64,000 nucleotides of DNA, taken from a virus (Duplodnaviria; Caudoviricetes). Position 1 is the first letter of the stretch. Each line of letters starts with the position of its first letter. The stretch is taken from positions 8,386-72,385 of IMG/VR virus record IMGVR_UViG_3300028591_000188; one strand, given 5' to 3'. The position numbers and the translations under genes are program-made. The notes below the pieces were generated by a model. It did no database searches and was not told the origin of the DNA. It saw only the letters and a list, made by a program, of their open reading frames with translations. This document shows positions 13,312 to 26,252 of this stretch, piece by piece.

Positions 13312-16300
13312 TCAACAGATATTTAATTTCTATAATAAATCCTATACTTTCTGATGTAAATCTTTTCTTTGGTCACTACTTGTATATGCAGGTTTATCCT
13401 TTATAATTTCATCTATTTTAGAAAGGCAACCTTTTACGGTGTTTAATGTTTCTTTATTTATATTTCTTGTTTTTCTTAAGTCACTAAATACTCTTTTCAG
13501 TTTTCTGTCTTTTTCATTTTGATATTCATCTTCAAGTGCTTTTAAAAGAGTGTCATCCCAATCATCACCATATAAGTCATAATTGACACTATTCATTAAT
13601 TCCTCTTCATCAACTTCTTCAGTATCATCACTCGAAGACTCTTCATCTTCTAATTCATTATTGTCATAATTAAGATTTTCTATAGCCTATAACTGCTGAT
13701 CAGTTAATTCATGATCTTTTGCTGACTACATAAAAGCTGCATTCTCCTCAGCATTATATTCAAGGAAGTTATTAGCTATTCCTAATTCATTAGCTTTTAT
13801 ATATACAACATCGTCTCCTGTTTTTTCGTAGAAAATATATGGAGAGCCATTGTATAATATACCGAAATATTGTTTGAAGTTACTCTCATATACACTACTT
13901 GAAATCTCAATTGCTTTTACTTTTGTGCCTTTTGGATAAGTTGCAAGCTGTATATCTTTTTCTTTTATTCCACTATCTTCAACGTCTTCGTTTTTATTTT
14001 TCTTATCCTTCTTATTTACCTTTACCCAGAAAGACCTTTCTTTTATGTTGTTTAAAGCAAATTGTGCAATGAAGTTATCTACTGTTTCCTCAAGCCATAC
14101 ATCTTTCTAAGTGAATAAGTCTGAATATCCAAATATATCCATCTTTGCTCTATTTGGAGTTACACTCATAGCAGACCTTGGCATCCAAGAAAAACCAAAT
14201 CTTGAAATCATATATTCTATAAGTTTGGAGGAGAATGTTTTTCCTTCATTTGATGTTAATATAGATTCCCAGTCAGCAGCCATATCATCCCTATTTTCTC
14301 TACTTAATCCCTCAGAAAGTCTTACTGCCTGTATACGATTCTTTCTATTCATTGCATCTACATACATTCCCTAAGTTACGATATTATCTTTTAGCTATCC
14401 TTGTTTTGCTCTTAAGAACTATACTGGGAAGCCATAAAGTCTCTATATTCTTGATTGTAAATCAGCTTCCATTATAGGATATTCATATCCTTCCCTAGTT
14501 CTAGTCATTTCAAATACACAGAAAGCATTGTATAATTTTTTAATGAAGTCAGCATTTAAACGAATATTCTTTTCACTTAGCTTATCTAATACTTTTCTAA
14601 AATTAATTTGATATAATGGTGAGAATCTACAAGCCTATTCACATAATCCAGGATTTCCATCAACTTCTGTATATACATTAGCAAGAGTCTTTAGGAAAGG
14701 AACTTGTTTTGCAAGCTAAAGAATATCTGTATCAAATAAAGAATCCTCTGTTTCCTACAAGAACTGTTTTATCTTATATTCCATTTCTATTGTATCATAT
14801 ACTGTAGGACCAACAGCATTCTTTGTTGAGTTAAGTGAAGTAAGACTATTTATATCAGAAATTGCTTTACAATAATCAGATATATTCAATAGGAATGTAA
14901 GTACAGCCAAATCTAAATCATCATCTGTAGTTCTTCCTTTTATTACATCTAACATATCTGATTCTCTAATAGTACTTTCTTGAAGTATTCTGCTAGCTTT
15001 TTCAGAGTCTGTATTTTCTGTGATTTCATTATAAATCAAACCTAAGGCTCTTTCAAATCTTATTCCATACACTTGTGACATCTTCATTGCTCTCTGTGCA
15101 GAAGGCATAGATAACATATAAGCAATTGTTCTTGGAGAAAAACCTATTCTCATCATACCCATTGCTATTGTACCAGTAGTAGGATTAATGTTGATTGAAC
15201 CTAAAACTGCCTCTTTAGCATTATCAGCAGATGCTCCCACAAACATACCAATTGTTCTTGAAAGTCTTTCTCCGTCAACAGGTGAATATTCTGGGTCAAT
15301 TCTTACTTTTCCTTTACTATTTTCATTTATGGTTGTTTTATCTATAAACGTTTCATTAGTAATTTTGTTTCCGTTTGAATCTTCTATAGTAAAGTCAAAA
15401 TCAAATCCTCTGTTATCTCCACCAGGTTCTCTAAAATGAATATTAGCAAAAGCTGTAACTGAGTGAGACACATTGTTAAGAGCAGCAATACCCACAAACT
15501 CCTTACCAGCCGCATTAGCTTTATGTAGTTTTACTTGTGTCTGTACATACATAAGACTTTCATTACCTTCTTTATAATGGTCATCCAGTTCTTTAGCTAT
15601 ATCAACCAAAGGTCCGAAACTTCCAGGGTGCAACTGTTTCTCAATACAAGACGGGTCTCCAAGAGCTTCCCACATCATATCAAATATTTCATTCTTAATT
15701 GTCATTCTATCAGCTCTTGCATTTTCTTGCTTCTTCCTTAGTTTCATAGCAGCATCAGTAGAATACCTGAACATACAATACATTTTATCAATATCATAGT
15801 CAGTACCACTAAGTAAAGTAATTTCCTTAGGCATTATAATCTATTCTCCTGCTTCTCTAGGTAAGAATCCCTTAATCTTCATTCTATATGAAGAATATTT
15901 ATCCTCAGTAGGAATTCTATATCCGATCATTTCCAAATCTTTATCAGTTAAAATGCCAAGAGCTTTAATATCTTCAATATCAAGAATTTCTCCTTCTGCA
16001 TATTTTCTTGATAATTTCTTTCTTCCCATCTTTCCATGATTATACATTATTGCTCTTTGAATTTCTCTTGTAGGAGCAGTAATATATACTTCCATAGTCA
16101 TACCACTTACTATTTTATCTCCTTTTACTAAGGTACCAACATCTATTATCTTTCCTTCATTATTTATGAGATGTAACTCTTCAGACATTCCATAAGGAGC
16201 GACTTGAACAACAGGACCTCCAGGTAATACCTCATTATTAACTCTTTTCTTTATTAAAGAGAATATTACACTAAAAGCTTTGTCAGAAACTGATGGGTCT

Positions 16301-19300
16301 CCGATTGAATATGCAAATCTCTTTATTGGAAGTCCTTCTTTCTAGTCTTCTACTAAAGTAAAAGCTTTATATAGCTCATAGCTATATTTTGTATCTCTTG
16401 CTATTGCATCCTATACAAGTTGTGCAAGCTTTTCATCAGAAGAAATCCACCTTTGTTTTCCTGTTGCTTTATCAGTGACTTTTTCATCCTCATAGTCACC
16501 GAGACCCAATTGCTATTTAACATCTTCAATTCCTCTTCTAAAGTCCTCATTAAGAAGCTCAAAGTAATGTTTCAAGAATATCTATTTATCAGATAATCCT
16601 TTATAACTACCCCATTTTCTCATTCCCTACATACTCCTTGGAAGTTGGAAGTTTTCAGGAAGGTCTGACACTGAAAGTATTCTTACTTGAGAACCAATTC
16701 CAGACTCATTGTCCTGCATGTGTGCTGGGTTATTCTATTGTTTACCCCAATCCCTGAAATCAAATTCTTGTACATATACAGGATTATATTTGCCATTATT
16801 ATCAAGAACTTTGTTAAATACTTCGGTTCTTATCTACTCATTATCTTTACCATTTAAATCCAATACTCCAGAAGCCCCATTCTTTACTGCGGACTTAAAT
16901 ACTATGGTATCTATACCTTTTCCAGTATATTTATCCATAGTGCAATGGCTAATATCAAAATTACCATCAATATATTCCTATGTAAGACCATAAGCCGAAG
17001 CTTCCATAAGATTGAAAAGTTCTACAATAGGATTGTTCTCAATGATACCTGCCTTTTCTGCTCCAATCATAATAGCTCCTGCTAACATAATCATAGCTTC
17101 ACTATCCTTAATTTGCATAGGAACAAGTTGTTTTCCAAAATCCTTAGTTCCTGCTTTTTCTATTTGTGTGAACACAAAAGGTTTAAATTCTTGTATTACA
17201 ACATCAATATTATCTGAAGTAACATTTCCTGCTTTTATATCCTATAAGGCATTATCAAATCCTATAGGACATTCTCCTAACATATGCATTTTCTTCCAGA
17301 ATGCTGTAGGAGAACTGAATCCCTAACCATCAGTTACTTCTATACCACCCTCAATCATACTAGGAATAGAAATACTATAAGTATGATACATATTGGCTTT
17401 CTTACCATCGCCAGCATCTCTTGCTTGCTATTCCAATACTTTGAATACTTTATTTACTTCTTTAGCTAGTCCCTTATTATAGTCCTTTTGGTCTTCTATT
17501 ATAATAGCTCTAAATATTCCATCAGAATATAATCCTTTAGAATTATTAAGCATTCCTTCTCTCATTTTTGCCTTAATATCTGCCTTTGTTGTAGTAGCAT
17601 GATATTCTGCACTTCTCTTCTAAAGGTCAATAGTATCTTTCTTATATGCTATATCTCCCATAAGAAGATTATATAGATTCATAGTCATTAAGGAATCATT
17701 ATAGAAAAATTCCTATAATAACCTATCATCATTACTAGTTATGGCTTTTATTGATTTTTGAATAGTTTTAAGTAATTTAGATTCTTCTACTCCTAAATCT
17801 TCTGAAAGTTGGGCTTTAAAGTCTCTATATTGTTCATCCATTCCCTCAATGTATAAATTTCTAAACTATTCATAAATATTATTCTTCTCAAAGTTTGAGA
17901 GAGAATTTAAGTCTTTTGAATTATATAGTAAAGAAATTATTGTTTTTCCAAAAGAAGTATTCTATTCCAGCTCCTAATTAAACATTGGAAGGAATCTAAA
18001 AGACAATCCACTTTTCTTAATAAAACCATAAAGCTATTTAGTATTCGGGTCTACTAAATCTGAAATCTATATTTTTTCTCCTTTTTTTACTTTCGCTAAT
18101 ATTGATTTTGCTTTACCTCTATCTAAGTTAAAAGCAGCTATATCAGTAGCAGAAGGATTCTTTAATTGGTCAAGAACAGCCTTCATTCTTTCTATTTCAT
18201 ATGCAAAATACATATAAGCTTTATCTGCTATAGCTTCTTTAAACTACTATAAAGCTTTTTCTTTATTTCCAGATTCTGCTACTCTTGCAGGTTTAAACCA
18301 TTGTATAAATTCACTTGCTGGTTTATCAGACATTGTTCCTACTCTAAACAGAGCTATATCCTATCCAAGATTTTTGTTATCCTCATAATAAAAAGTAGCG
18401 TTTTCTCCTGTTATCATAGGTGCAAAATAAGCAGTAAGTATAGAATACCATACATCAGCTTGGGATTGCTTAAAGAATTGTTTTGAATCCATAGCTGTAA
18501 GAGTATAATGTTTAAGATACTTTCTCTTTTCAAAGAAAGATTCTCCTGCCTCTTGGGATTCAAGATTCTCTTTCCAATCGTTATATATTTCCTAAAGCAC
18601 AGAATTCGTGAAAATCATTTCTCCATTCTTATTCTTTCCTACATAATAAGTACGGTATTTTGTATATATTGAATCCTCACTAAAGAGACTTTCGTTTGTA
18701 TATAAAGGATTTTCACCTGAAAGCTTAGCTATCATTCTTTCTATATGGCTTATTTGGGTATAAGTCATATAAGATTTTCCTCCAGAGTAAGAAGACAATT
18801 CATATCTATCTGCCATACCTTTAGCTACTATTCTTGCAATAGCAGAGTATTCTTTTGCTATTGCTTCATATGTAACATTGTTTGAATGGTCATTTAATGC
18901 TCCCATAAGACCTACAAACAATCCATCACTATCAAAGCTGCCCCATAATAACTTTTCAGTATGACTATCTATCAAGTTTTCTGGATACTCAATTCCTGAA
19001 ACATCAAATCCAAATAAGGCAAGTGCTGCCTTTAAATTATTCACTTTTACATCATAAGTGTCAGCATTATTATAAGTGTCTTTAAGTTTTTGATACTCCT
19101 TGCTAGCCTTATCGTGGTTATATACAAAACGGTATTTACCATCTTTTCCTTCTCTTGTGATTGCTTCAGAGATGTCTTGTTCTCCCAGGAATCTTTCATT
19201 AATTCCAGCTCTTAATTCATCTAGCTTAACTTTCTCATTCAAAGGAGCTAATGTCCATCTGTCAACCTGCCAAGTTTTTAATTTCTTATTGAATGACCTA

Positions 19301-22300
19301 TCTTCTGGGGCAACCTTTCCTTCCATATATAATGACTTGTTTCTATTGAAAGAAACAAACATCTATGTGGCAAATTCAGGATTATCCTCCATTTTTCTAA
19401 CTATCACTGAAAGCCAAGGAGTATTCTTCATTTCATCCTTCATAGCTTGTTTAAGCTCCTCAGAATCTTGGCAAGTATGGAATCTTTCAAATATAAAGTT
19501 TATCGCCTTATGTTTGTCAATATATAATGGGAATCCATATCCATAAGGATCTTCCTCATAGTCGTCTTCTGTGCTTACTTCATCATATTGATTTATTGTT
19601 TCTACCTTTTTTGTAATAGGATAACCCTATTCATCTAATATATAGGCATTATTTTCGTCTTTTTGATATTTATAAAGTGTTATTCTAGAGAATTCCTTTT
19701 TGACTTCTTGAGTCATCGTTTTCTCATAAGACTTTTCTTTTGAATCTATTGAGTAGGGCTCTCTACCGTCCTCAGCAAGTCTATCCTGTTCAAACATATC
19801 ATCTACATCAGGATTCTCTTCATTCTATACCAATACTCTTAAATTTGATTTCAAAGGAAGTCCTGTAGCTTCAGCAAAATCAGCTTGAACACTATTCATT
19901 ATAGCACTGAAGTTTCTTTCATCTGACAAGAATTCTTTCTTATATTTTACTTCATCAGAATCTTCTTCAAAAACCTAGAGGTAGTTGTCCCTAAACCACT
20001 TATATAAGGGCTTCTATAAATCATTAAAATATCTTCTAAGAATCTATTGGCTACTTAATCCTTCAATATTAGGCACAATTCCTTCTATTTCCAAGTCATC
20101 AAGACTGGAATTATCAGCACTTATTTCATCTATTTTATCAAGGATAACCTTTATTGCAGTTCTTCCAACAAACAATTGTTCCTTTGCAGATACAGGCTGT
20201 GTTATACTATTTACTGTTTCAGTGAATAAATCAGAAGTATCAAAGTCAAATTGTTCCTCCTCTTCTTCCTATTGGGCATTTTCTATATCTTTTTGATTTA
20301 TTTGTTTTACGGTGCTCTATACTTCTGTTTTATACACTTCTCCCTAAGGCATATCAGTTAATGTGTCTTTCTGGTTCTATGAAAGTAAGGCACTCTATAC
20401 ATACCTACTATCTGGAGTACCAGTCATTAATCCATTTGCCTATACAATGAAATAACCTGAAGAATCGAGTCTGTCCCATCTTCCAACATTAAACTCAGGA
20501 TTTTCATATAATTCCTAACCGTTATAGTATATAGAATCACCTTTAAGGTTATAATTGCTTTCTTCTTTAGGCCAAGCAACCCTAGTAACGAGGAAGCCTA
20601 CATTTCTATCTTTTATTTCTATTCTAGAATTTGACTAAAGCATTTGTCTATAGACTCCTACTTGTAGATTATACTTTGGAAGCATATTCTTTTTCCAAGT
20701 AGAATAATCTTTACCTGTAGTCTTCATATCGTATAAATAGTAATCACCTTTGCTATCTACTACAATCATATCTATAGTACCTGCTACATATTTAGGTTTA
20801 CCACCTACATTCATTATCTGGCATACAGTGAACTCATCGTTACCATCTACTAAATCAAATTTAGTAAATACTTTATAATCCCTTCCTAAAGCTTCAAATT
20901 TTGCTTTTAATACATTATTAAAATCTTTACAGAACTAATTAAGTTGCTGATATATTCTACTATTTTTATCTCCAATATTAGGATAAAAATCTTTTAATTT
21001 TTTACCTTCTTTTCCTTTTTCTCCAGCAAAATAATCTCTTATAAAAGCATCGTTTGCATTTCCGAAGGTTGTGTATCTTGATTGACCAGAATCTGTTTTA
21101 GCTTCTCTTCCTTCTATAAGCTAAGTTACAGACATATCAGCGTCTCTCCATTCTTTATTTACCAATACTTCATAAACATGGCTTGTTTTAAAGTCTTTTC
21201 TCTTCTTTACAACCTTGGTAAAATCCTCTCTAAGTTGTAAAAGTTGTTTAGTATAATAATCTAAATTTTTTACACCTTCCTAAGCTTGGTTTTGTATCTA
21301 TTGCTAATTTGTTTTGTTTACAGCAGACAATAGTCTATTCCATTCACTTTGAAGGAACTTATAGAGTTTAGGAGTTCTCTCCTGTGTTATTTCAGAAATT
21401 GCACCATTGAATATAGCATCTCCAGTACCTATTTTTAAGGTAGTGTATTTACCAGTATTCCATTCTGCTATAATATCATTAATTTCTTGAGTAATTAATT
21501 TCTTAAATTCTTTCAAGTCTTCATCTCTCCATTGTCCTGGAGAAGGATTACTCCTAGAAGGTTTACCTCTGCCGTGGTCAAATATCCATCTCTGCGTAGA
21601 AATAGGCATAGCGTTTGGAAGACCTCTCAAAACTGCTTGAGTCTAAGTAGGATATTTAAGTCCTTTACCATACTTCTTAGCATAAGGAGAATCATCAGGT
21701 ATAGAAAGTCTTCCACTAGTTCTATCAGTATTATCTGTGAAAACATAAAGGGATGTAGTATCTCTTTCTGCCTCACTTCTTACAAAATTAGTTTGCTATA
21801 CATTCTATTGCTCTGGTTTTGTAATTTGTTCATAGAATATTCCTTTTCCATTAGTTGAAACATTTTCATCTAATAGATTTAAAACTAAGTCAGAAGCCTC
21901 TTCAAAAAGAGTAAGATTTCCTTTAAACAAGTTGTTGAATATCTTGCTTAATATTTCCTTTACTCTATCTAAAAGAGTTTTTTCTTCTGTTGCTGGTATG
22001 CTAATTAATTCTTTAGCAAGCTCAGGAGAAGACCATAAGTCTGCAACAAACTCTTCAATAGCATGGTCTCCTGTATATTTATAGGAATTTTCTGAAGACT
22101 CTTTGTTATACTTGTCTATTATATTCTATATCTAGGTTCTAAATTCTTTATTGCTTTGTATTCTAGCTACAGTTATACTATGCAATATTTCATGCATTAT
22201 TATAGCATTAGCTACTCCTTCTTTTGTAAAATCAGCTAAAGCATTTATATGGATAGTGTTTGTTTCTGCTTCGTAATAAGCCCTTCTTCCTTGATATTTT

Positions 22301-23571
22301 TTGTCTTCCCTAATATTTATTCCACTAGCTAAACCATTTTCTAATGAAATATTTAAGTCTTTTAATAATCCTTTTTCTTCAAGATATTTGAAAACTTTTG
22401 AATATCTTGTGTTTGACATTCTGTCTTTTATAGCTGACAACACATCAATCTGCTAATTATTCTTATCATAATTATTAGCAAATATTGACTCAAGCTATTT
22501 ATCTCTAAACTCTTTTAAATTCTTGTTTTGTTCAAAATGTTCGTGATAGATGTTATTATCCTAATCACTAAATTCACCATTATTATCAGTAGCTGATTTA
22601 ATTTGGCTAGGATTATATAACATTACCTCAAATCCTTCAGAAGGAATAAATTCATCTGTCGTTAAATCTCCACCTATAATTCCATCATATTTTTCTACTG
22701 AATCTTTGCCTTTACTTCTAAGTATAGAATGTATGGTACTATGATGTAATGGAATATCTTTACTAATTATTGGATTTTTGACATTTAAAAATACTTCAAA
22801 TACATTAGTACCATATTGTTTTGCATAGTTCTTATCTGATGAAAAGAAAAATCCACTCTCCGTATCGTTTTCATCTATATAATGCCAATCAAAAGTATTA
22901 AATTGTTTAGGGCTTCCATGATATACTACCAAAGGCTCACCATTCTCATCTACTACTTTAGAAGCATTAACAGGATCATTAATCCAATCACCAAACCAAT
23001 TAATAAAATTCTTGGTTCTAACTTGCAACCATTGTCTTTCAGTAAGATTGGTAGGATTGCCGTTAGGAGCTTTCATGAAAGTACCATCAGCAATAGCTTT
23101 TGACTTTATCTGTTGTAGTTCCTGCTCATTATTAACACCATATACTTTTTCTACAGGCTTATCAATGTTTATAATATAAGAACCATCATTTAGTTTAAAA
23201 TATGTAGCATGGTTTTCAGTAGCTTCATCTAACATCTGCTTTATACTTATAACAGATTCTTCAGAAGCTTCTATAGGTTCTCCTAATCCTTCTATTGTAT
23301 CAATAAACTATTGAGCCTCCTAATACAAAGGAGTTTCGTAGAAAGTGTTTATCTTATATACACCTCTTAAATAGTCAAGAAGATTTTCTCTATATTTAGG
23401 TTTAATTGCTTCTTCCTAATCTAGTGAGTTTAATGAAGCAAACAGTTGAATCTTTTCAACTAAATCTTTTGTATAAATACTTTGGTTTTCTAATCCTAAT
23501 TCTTTTGAAATAGAGTCATTTATTTCCTTTATTTCAGGTCTTGTAGGACTTAAACATCTATCTTTACGCAT
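13312..23571 (-). CDS. Virion-packaged multidomain DNA-dependent RNA polymerase (crAss-like, ~3,419 aa); TAG=Gln
   Basis: ATG at 23571 (MRKDRCLSPTRPE...), TGA at 13312. Track ORFs 13342, 14107, 14755, 15841, 16978, 18592, 21304, 22132 and 22561 share one frame. The catalytic-type motif SGTDYDIDKMY (~15,780-15,810) matches the DFDID variant established for crAss-like vRNAPs (phi14:2 gp66). Confidence 0.87.
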
Positions 23572-23590
23572 AGCAAACTAAAATTTTTTG

Positions 23591-23598
23591 CAAAAATA
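23591..23598 (-). promoter_or_regulatory. Bacteroidetes sigma-type -7 promoter element (TAnnTTTG) upstream of the vRNAP gene
   Basis: Minus strand reads TATTTTTGCA about 20 nt upstream of ATG 23571, in the intergenic gap after a terminator. Confidence 0.55.
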
Positions 23599-23666
23599 AT
23601 ACTTATATTTTAAATATTACAACTATATAATTAAAAATTAAACAATCAATTACATTTAAGTAAAAA

Positions 23667-23703
23667 AATAAGGGGAAGTACCAAATGGCACCTCCCCTTA
23701 TTA
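23667..23703 (-). terminator. Intrinsic terminator at the boundary between the early region and the TAG-recoded region
   Basis: Stem AATAAGGGGA...TCCCCTTATT followed on the minus strand by a T-tract. Confidence 0.8.
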
Positions 23704-23843
23704 TTTAATTACAAATCTTGTTCTTCAGGATAATACTCCTTCATATAGCATCTATAACACAAACTACCAGTATCATTGGTATCTTCTATTTCTTTACCAC
23801 AATACTCACAATACTTTACAATTTTTTCCATATCCTTATAAAT

Positions 23844-24263
23844 TTATTCTGGACAAAACTCAATTTCATCTTGTTCCCAATCACTGCATTGTTTTATAAG
23901 GTCTTTTACAACTCTTAATTCCTTTCGTTCTGATTCTGTTAGATTTCTACAATTGGAAAGGTCTGTTAATTGTTGTAATCTTACCTCTTCTAAATAAGTC
24001 TTTACTGCAATAATAGTTTCAATTGCAGTACATCCTTGTGTCTTATACTCATCTTTCCAAGGAGTATCAGACGTATCACAATTTCTATAACAACCATCTT
24101 CATCACAATCTATTTCAAGATTATAATTGGTAGTGACTATTGTTACATCTTTACTTAATGTTTCCACTATGGTAACATTAAATTCCTCTTCAGGGTTTTC
24201 TACTTGGTTCCAGGGTGCATTAGGAGTATCTGAGCCTGGTGGATAGTGGTAATTATTATACAT
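23844..24263 (-). CDS. Hypothetical protein
   Basis: Track ORF 23844..24320; start moved to MYNNYHYPPG (24263) so that it tiles after the upstream gene. Confidence 0.6.
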   Translation of the reverse strand: MYNNYHYPPGSDTPNAPWNQVENPEEEFNVTIVETLSKDVTIVTTNYNLEIDCDEDGCYRNCDTSDTPWKDEYKTQGCTAIETIIAVKTYLEEVRLQQLTDLSNCRNLTESERKELRVVKDLIKQCSDWEQDEIEFCPE

Positions 24264-24264
24264 A

Positions 24265-24474
24265 TTAAAATCCAAATTTAGTAAATTCATAATTCTCTGA
24301 AACCATCCATTGACAATCATTCAGATTGAAGTTATATTTCTCTTCCAAACAATCAACAATAAATGTTTCAAAGTTATCATAATCATTCATTAACTCTTTA
24401 TCTTCTTTAGTTAATTTGATTACAATACATTCTGCTGTATTGTAATTTAATAGCCATAAATAATTATATTCCAT
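24265..24474 (-). CDS. Hypothetical protein
   Basis: Track ORF 24265..24507; likely start MEYNYLW at 24474. Confidence 0.55.
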   Translation of the reverse strand: MEYNYLWLLNYNTAECIVIKLTKEDKELMNDYDNFETFIVDCLEEKYNFNLNDCQWMVSENYEFTKFGF

Positions 24475-24859
24475 TTGTTTCTTCCTTATTATCAAGATAT
24501 TGGTCAAACATCTGACTAAATAATTGTTTGTGCATATATACTATTGGAGAAGCTATATTCCATCTTTCCTTTGCTTCTTTAGAAATTCCTACTAACTTAC
24601 CTGTTCTATAAGGATTCTTTTCATCTTCTTTAGTATCATCTGTAACCTCTAAAATAAAAGCTCCTTTTTGTTTGTCTATTAACTCCTTGCATTTATCACA
24701 CAATTCTCCAGTTATACATTCCCTAGGAGCTTCTACATCATTTTTTAATCTTCCCAGCAAAGCAATGCTATTAGTTAACTCTCCACATACAAAGCATTTG
24801 ACAAGAGAAGGATTTAATCCATGTTTTTCACTTAATGTTATTGAATCTTCTTTACTCAT
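24464..24859 (-). CDS. Hypothetical protein with CxxC pairs (putative Zn finger)
   Basis: Contains CFVC and CDKC; tiles with its neighbours. Confidence 0.65.
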   Translation of the reverse strand: MSKEDSITLSEKHGLNPSLVKCFVCGELTNSIALLGRLKNDVEAPRECITGELCDKCKELIDKQKGAFILEVTDDTKEDEKNPYRTGKLVGISKEAKERWNIASPIVYMHKQLFSQMFDQYLDNKEETNGI

Positions 24860-25158
24860 AACTCAATATAAGAACATTTTACTACATATAATTCATTTTC
24901 TTCTCCAAAATCAAGTTCTTCATCAGTAACTATTGTTCCCCAAAAGTTTACTGTAAGTCCCTTATTTTTCTTTATTCCGCATATTTCAGTCCAATCTTCA
25001 TCTGAATGTCTGGCATAATAATCATACTTTCCTTCAGGTAATTCATCAGTGAAATATGAGGATTCATATCCGTCAGCGTTAATAATTAAACCATCATCTA
25101 AAACTAATTCAAGCTTCCAATCAGGCTTGCTTTCATTAAATTTGATTTTCTGTGCCAT
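24856..25158 (-). CDS. Hypothetical protein
   Basis: Tiled ORF with a 4-nt overlap. Confidence 0.65.
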   Translation of the reverse strand: MAQKIKFNESKPDWKLELVLDDGLIINADGYESSYFTDELPEGKYDYYARHSDEDWTEICGIKKNKGLTVNFWGTIVTDEELDFGEENELYVVKCSYIEL

Positions 25159-25369
25159 TGCTAATTAATTCTAAAGTGTTTTCATCAATGAAATGTCTAC
25201 TTGTTATATATAACATTCCACCATGAATATTATGTGCAACTATCATAGGTTTAATAGTTCTTACCCTACACCCATCACTTTTTCTAAAAGACATTGATTT
25301 TGCATAAGCTAAATCTCCAGTAACCCATTCTCCAGTCTTTAAATCCTTTGCTTTAAATTGATATTTCAT
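25136..25369 (-). CDS. Hypothetical protein, weak YopX-like N-terminus
   Basis: MKYQFKAKDLKTGEWVTGDL resembles the YopX N-terminal pattern (recalled pattern, not searched). Confidence 0.5.
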   Translation of the reverse strand: MKYQFKAKDLKTGEWVTGDLAYAKSMSFRKSDGCRVRTIKPMIVAHNIHGGMLYITSRHFIDENTLELISNGTENQI

Positions 25370-25370
25370 A

Positions 25371-25721
25371 TTAATCAATATTACTAGATTCACGGTTTTC
25401 TAACTTCGATAATCTTTCTTGAAGAGGAATCAAAAGGTCATTCTGAATCTTTTCAATTCTTTTCTCCAAAGCAAATTTTTCGTCATATCCAATATAGTAT
25501 TCAATATCTTTACTTTTAAGGTCATTCTCTCCTAAAATAAAACACTTCTTTGGTCCATAGATAGTAGCAAAATAACCACTTTTACTTTTATGTTCTTTGT
25601 TATCTATCATTGGATTTCTTCCAATAAATTGAATAACCACATCTTCAAAGTTAGGAGTAATTATTGTAAAGATGTCTCCTACTTTAATGTCTTTAAGACT
25701 TGTTAATCTTTGTAATTCCAT
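25371..25721 (-). CDS. Hypothetical protein
   Basis: Tiled ORF. Confidence 0.65.
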   Translation of the reverse strand: MELQRLTSLKDIKVGDIFTIITPNFEDVVIQFIGRNPMIDNKEHKSKSGYFATIYGPKKCFILGENDLKSKDIEYYIGYDEKFALEKRIEKIQNDLLIPLQERLSKLENRESSNID

Positions 25722-25724
25722 AAT

Positions 25725-25955
25725 TTAAAAATTTGGTGGTAAAAATGATATAGTTCTAGTTGGGTCTATTATTGTATGAAATTGTAGTAGTTGTCTATTT
25801 AAATCCATTTGGTTTTTTAATTGTGCTAAACGTTCTTCTATAGCAACTATTTCTAAGTTATTATCATAGACTTCTCTACCACAATAAGCACATACTTTCT
25901 TACCTTCTTTATATTCAAATTTAACAGACCCGCAAGATTTACATTGTGTATTCAT
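25725..25955 (-). CDS. Small Zn-ribbon protein
   Basis: CKSC...CAYC motif. Confidence 0.6.
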   Translation of the reverse strand: MNTQCKSCGSVKFEYKEGKKVCAYCGREVYDNNLEIVAIEERLAQLKNQMDLNRQLLQFHTIIDPTRTISFLPPNF

Positions 25956-26252
25956 TATTCTCCATCTATTAATTCACAAGGTACTGCAACACCTTCACCA
26001 TCACAAACAGGATAACAATCCTCAATATCCATATATTTTTGGCTTTCTGGCCAAAAGAAAATATAATACTTTTGCATAATTATTTTAATTGGTTATCAAT
26101 ATAAGTAATTACTTCACTTATTTTATATTGAATAGTTTCTCTTTCTTTTGGTGTTAGTTGGCAATCTTCAATAGCAGCATAACTATCACATTCCATAGCA
26201 AGGGAGCTGAGTTTATTTCTCAGCCCCACTATCCATTTGTGTCTAATCATAA

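Noticed and set aside
1-23571. Apparent pseudogene field: dozens of short ORF fragments in the standard-code track
   Set aside because: The fragments fall in four continuous frames broken only by TAG, and motifs are restored on read-through, so this is recoding rather than decay.
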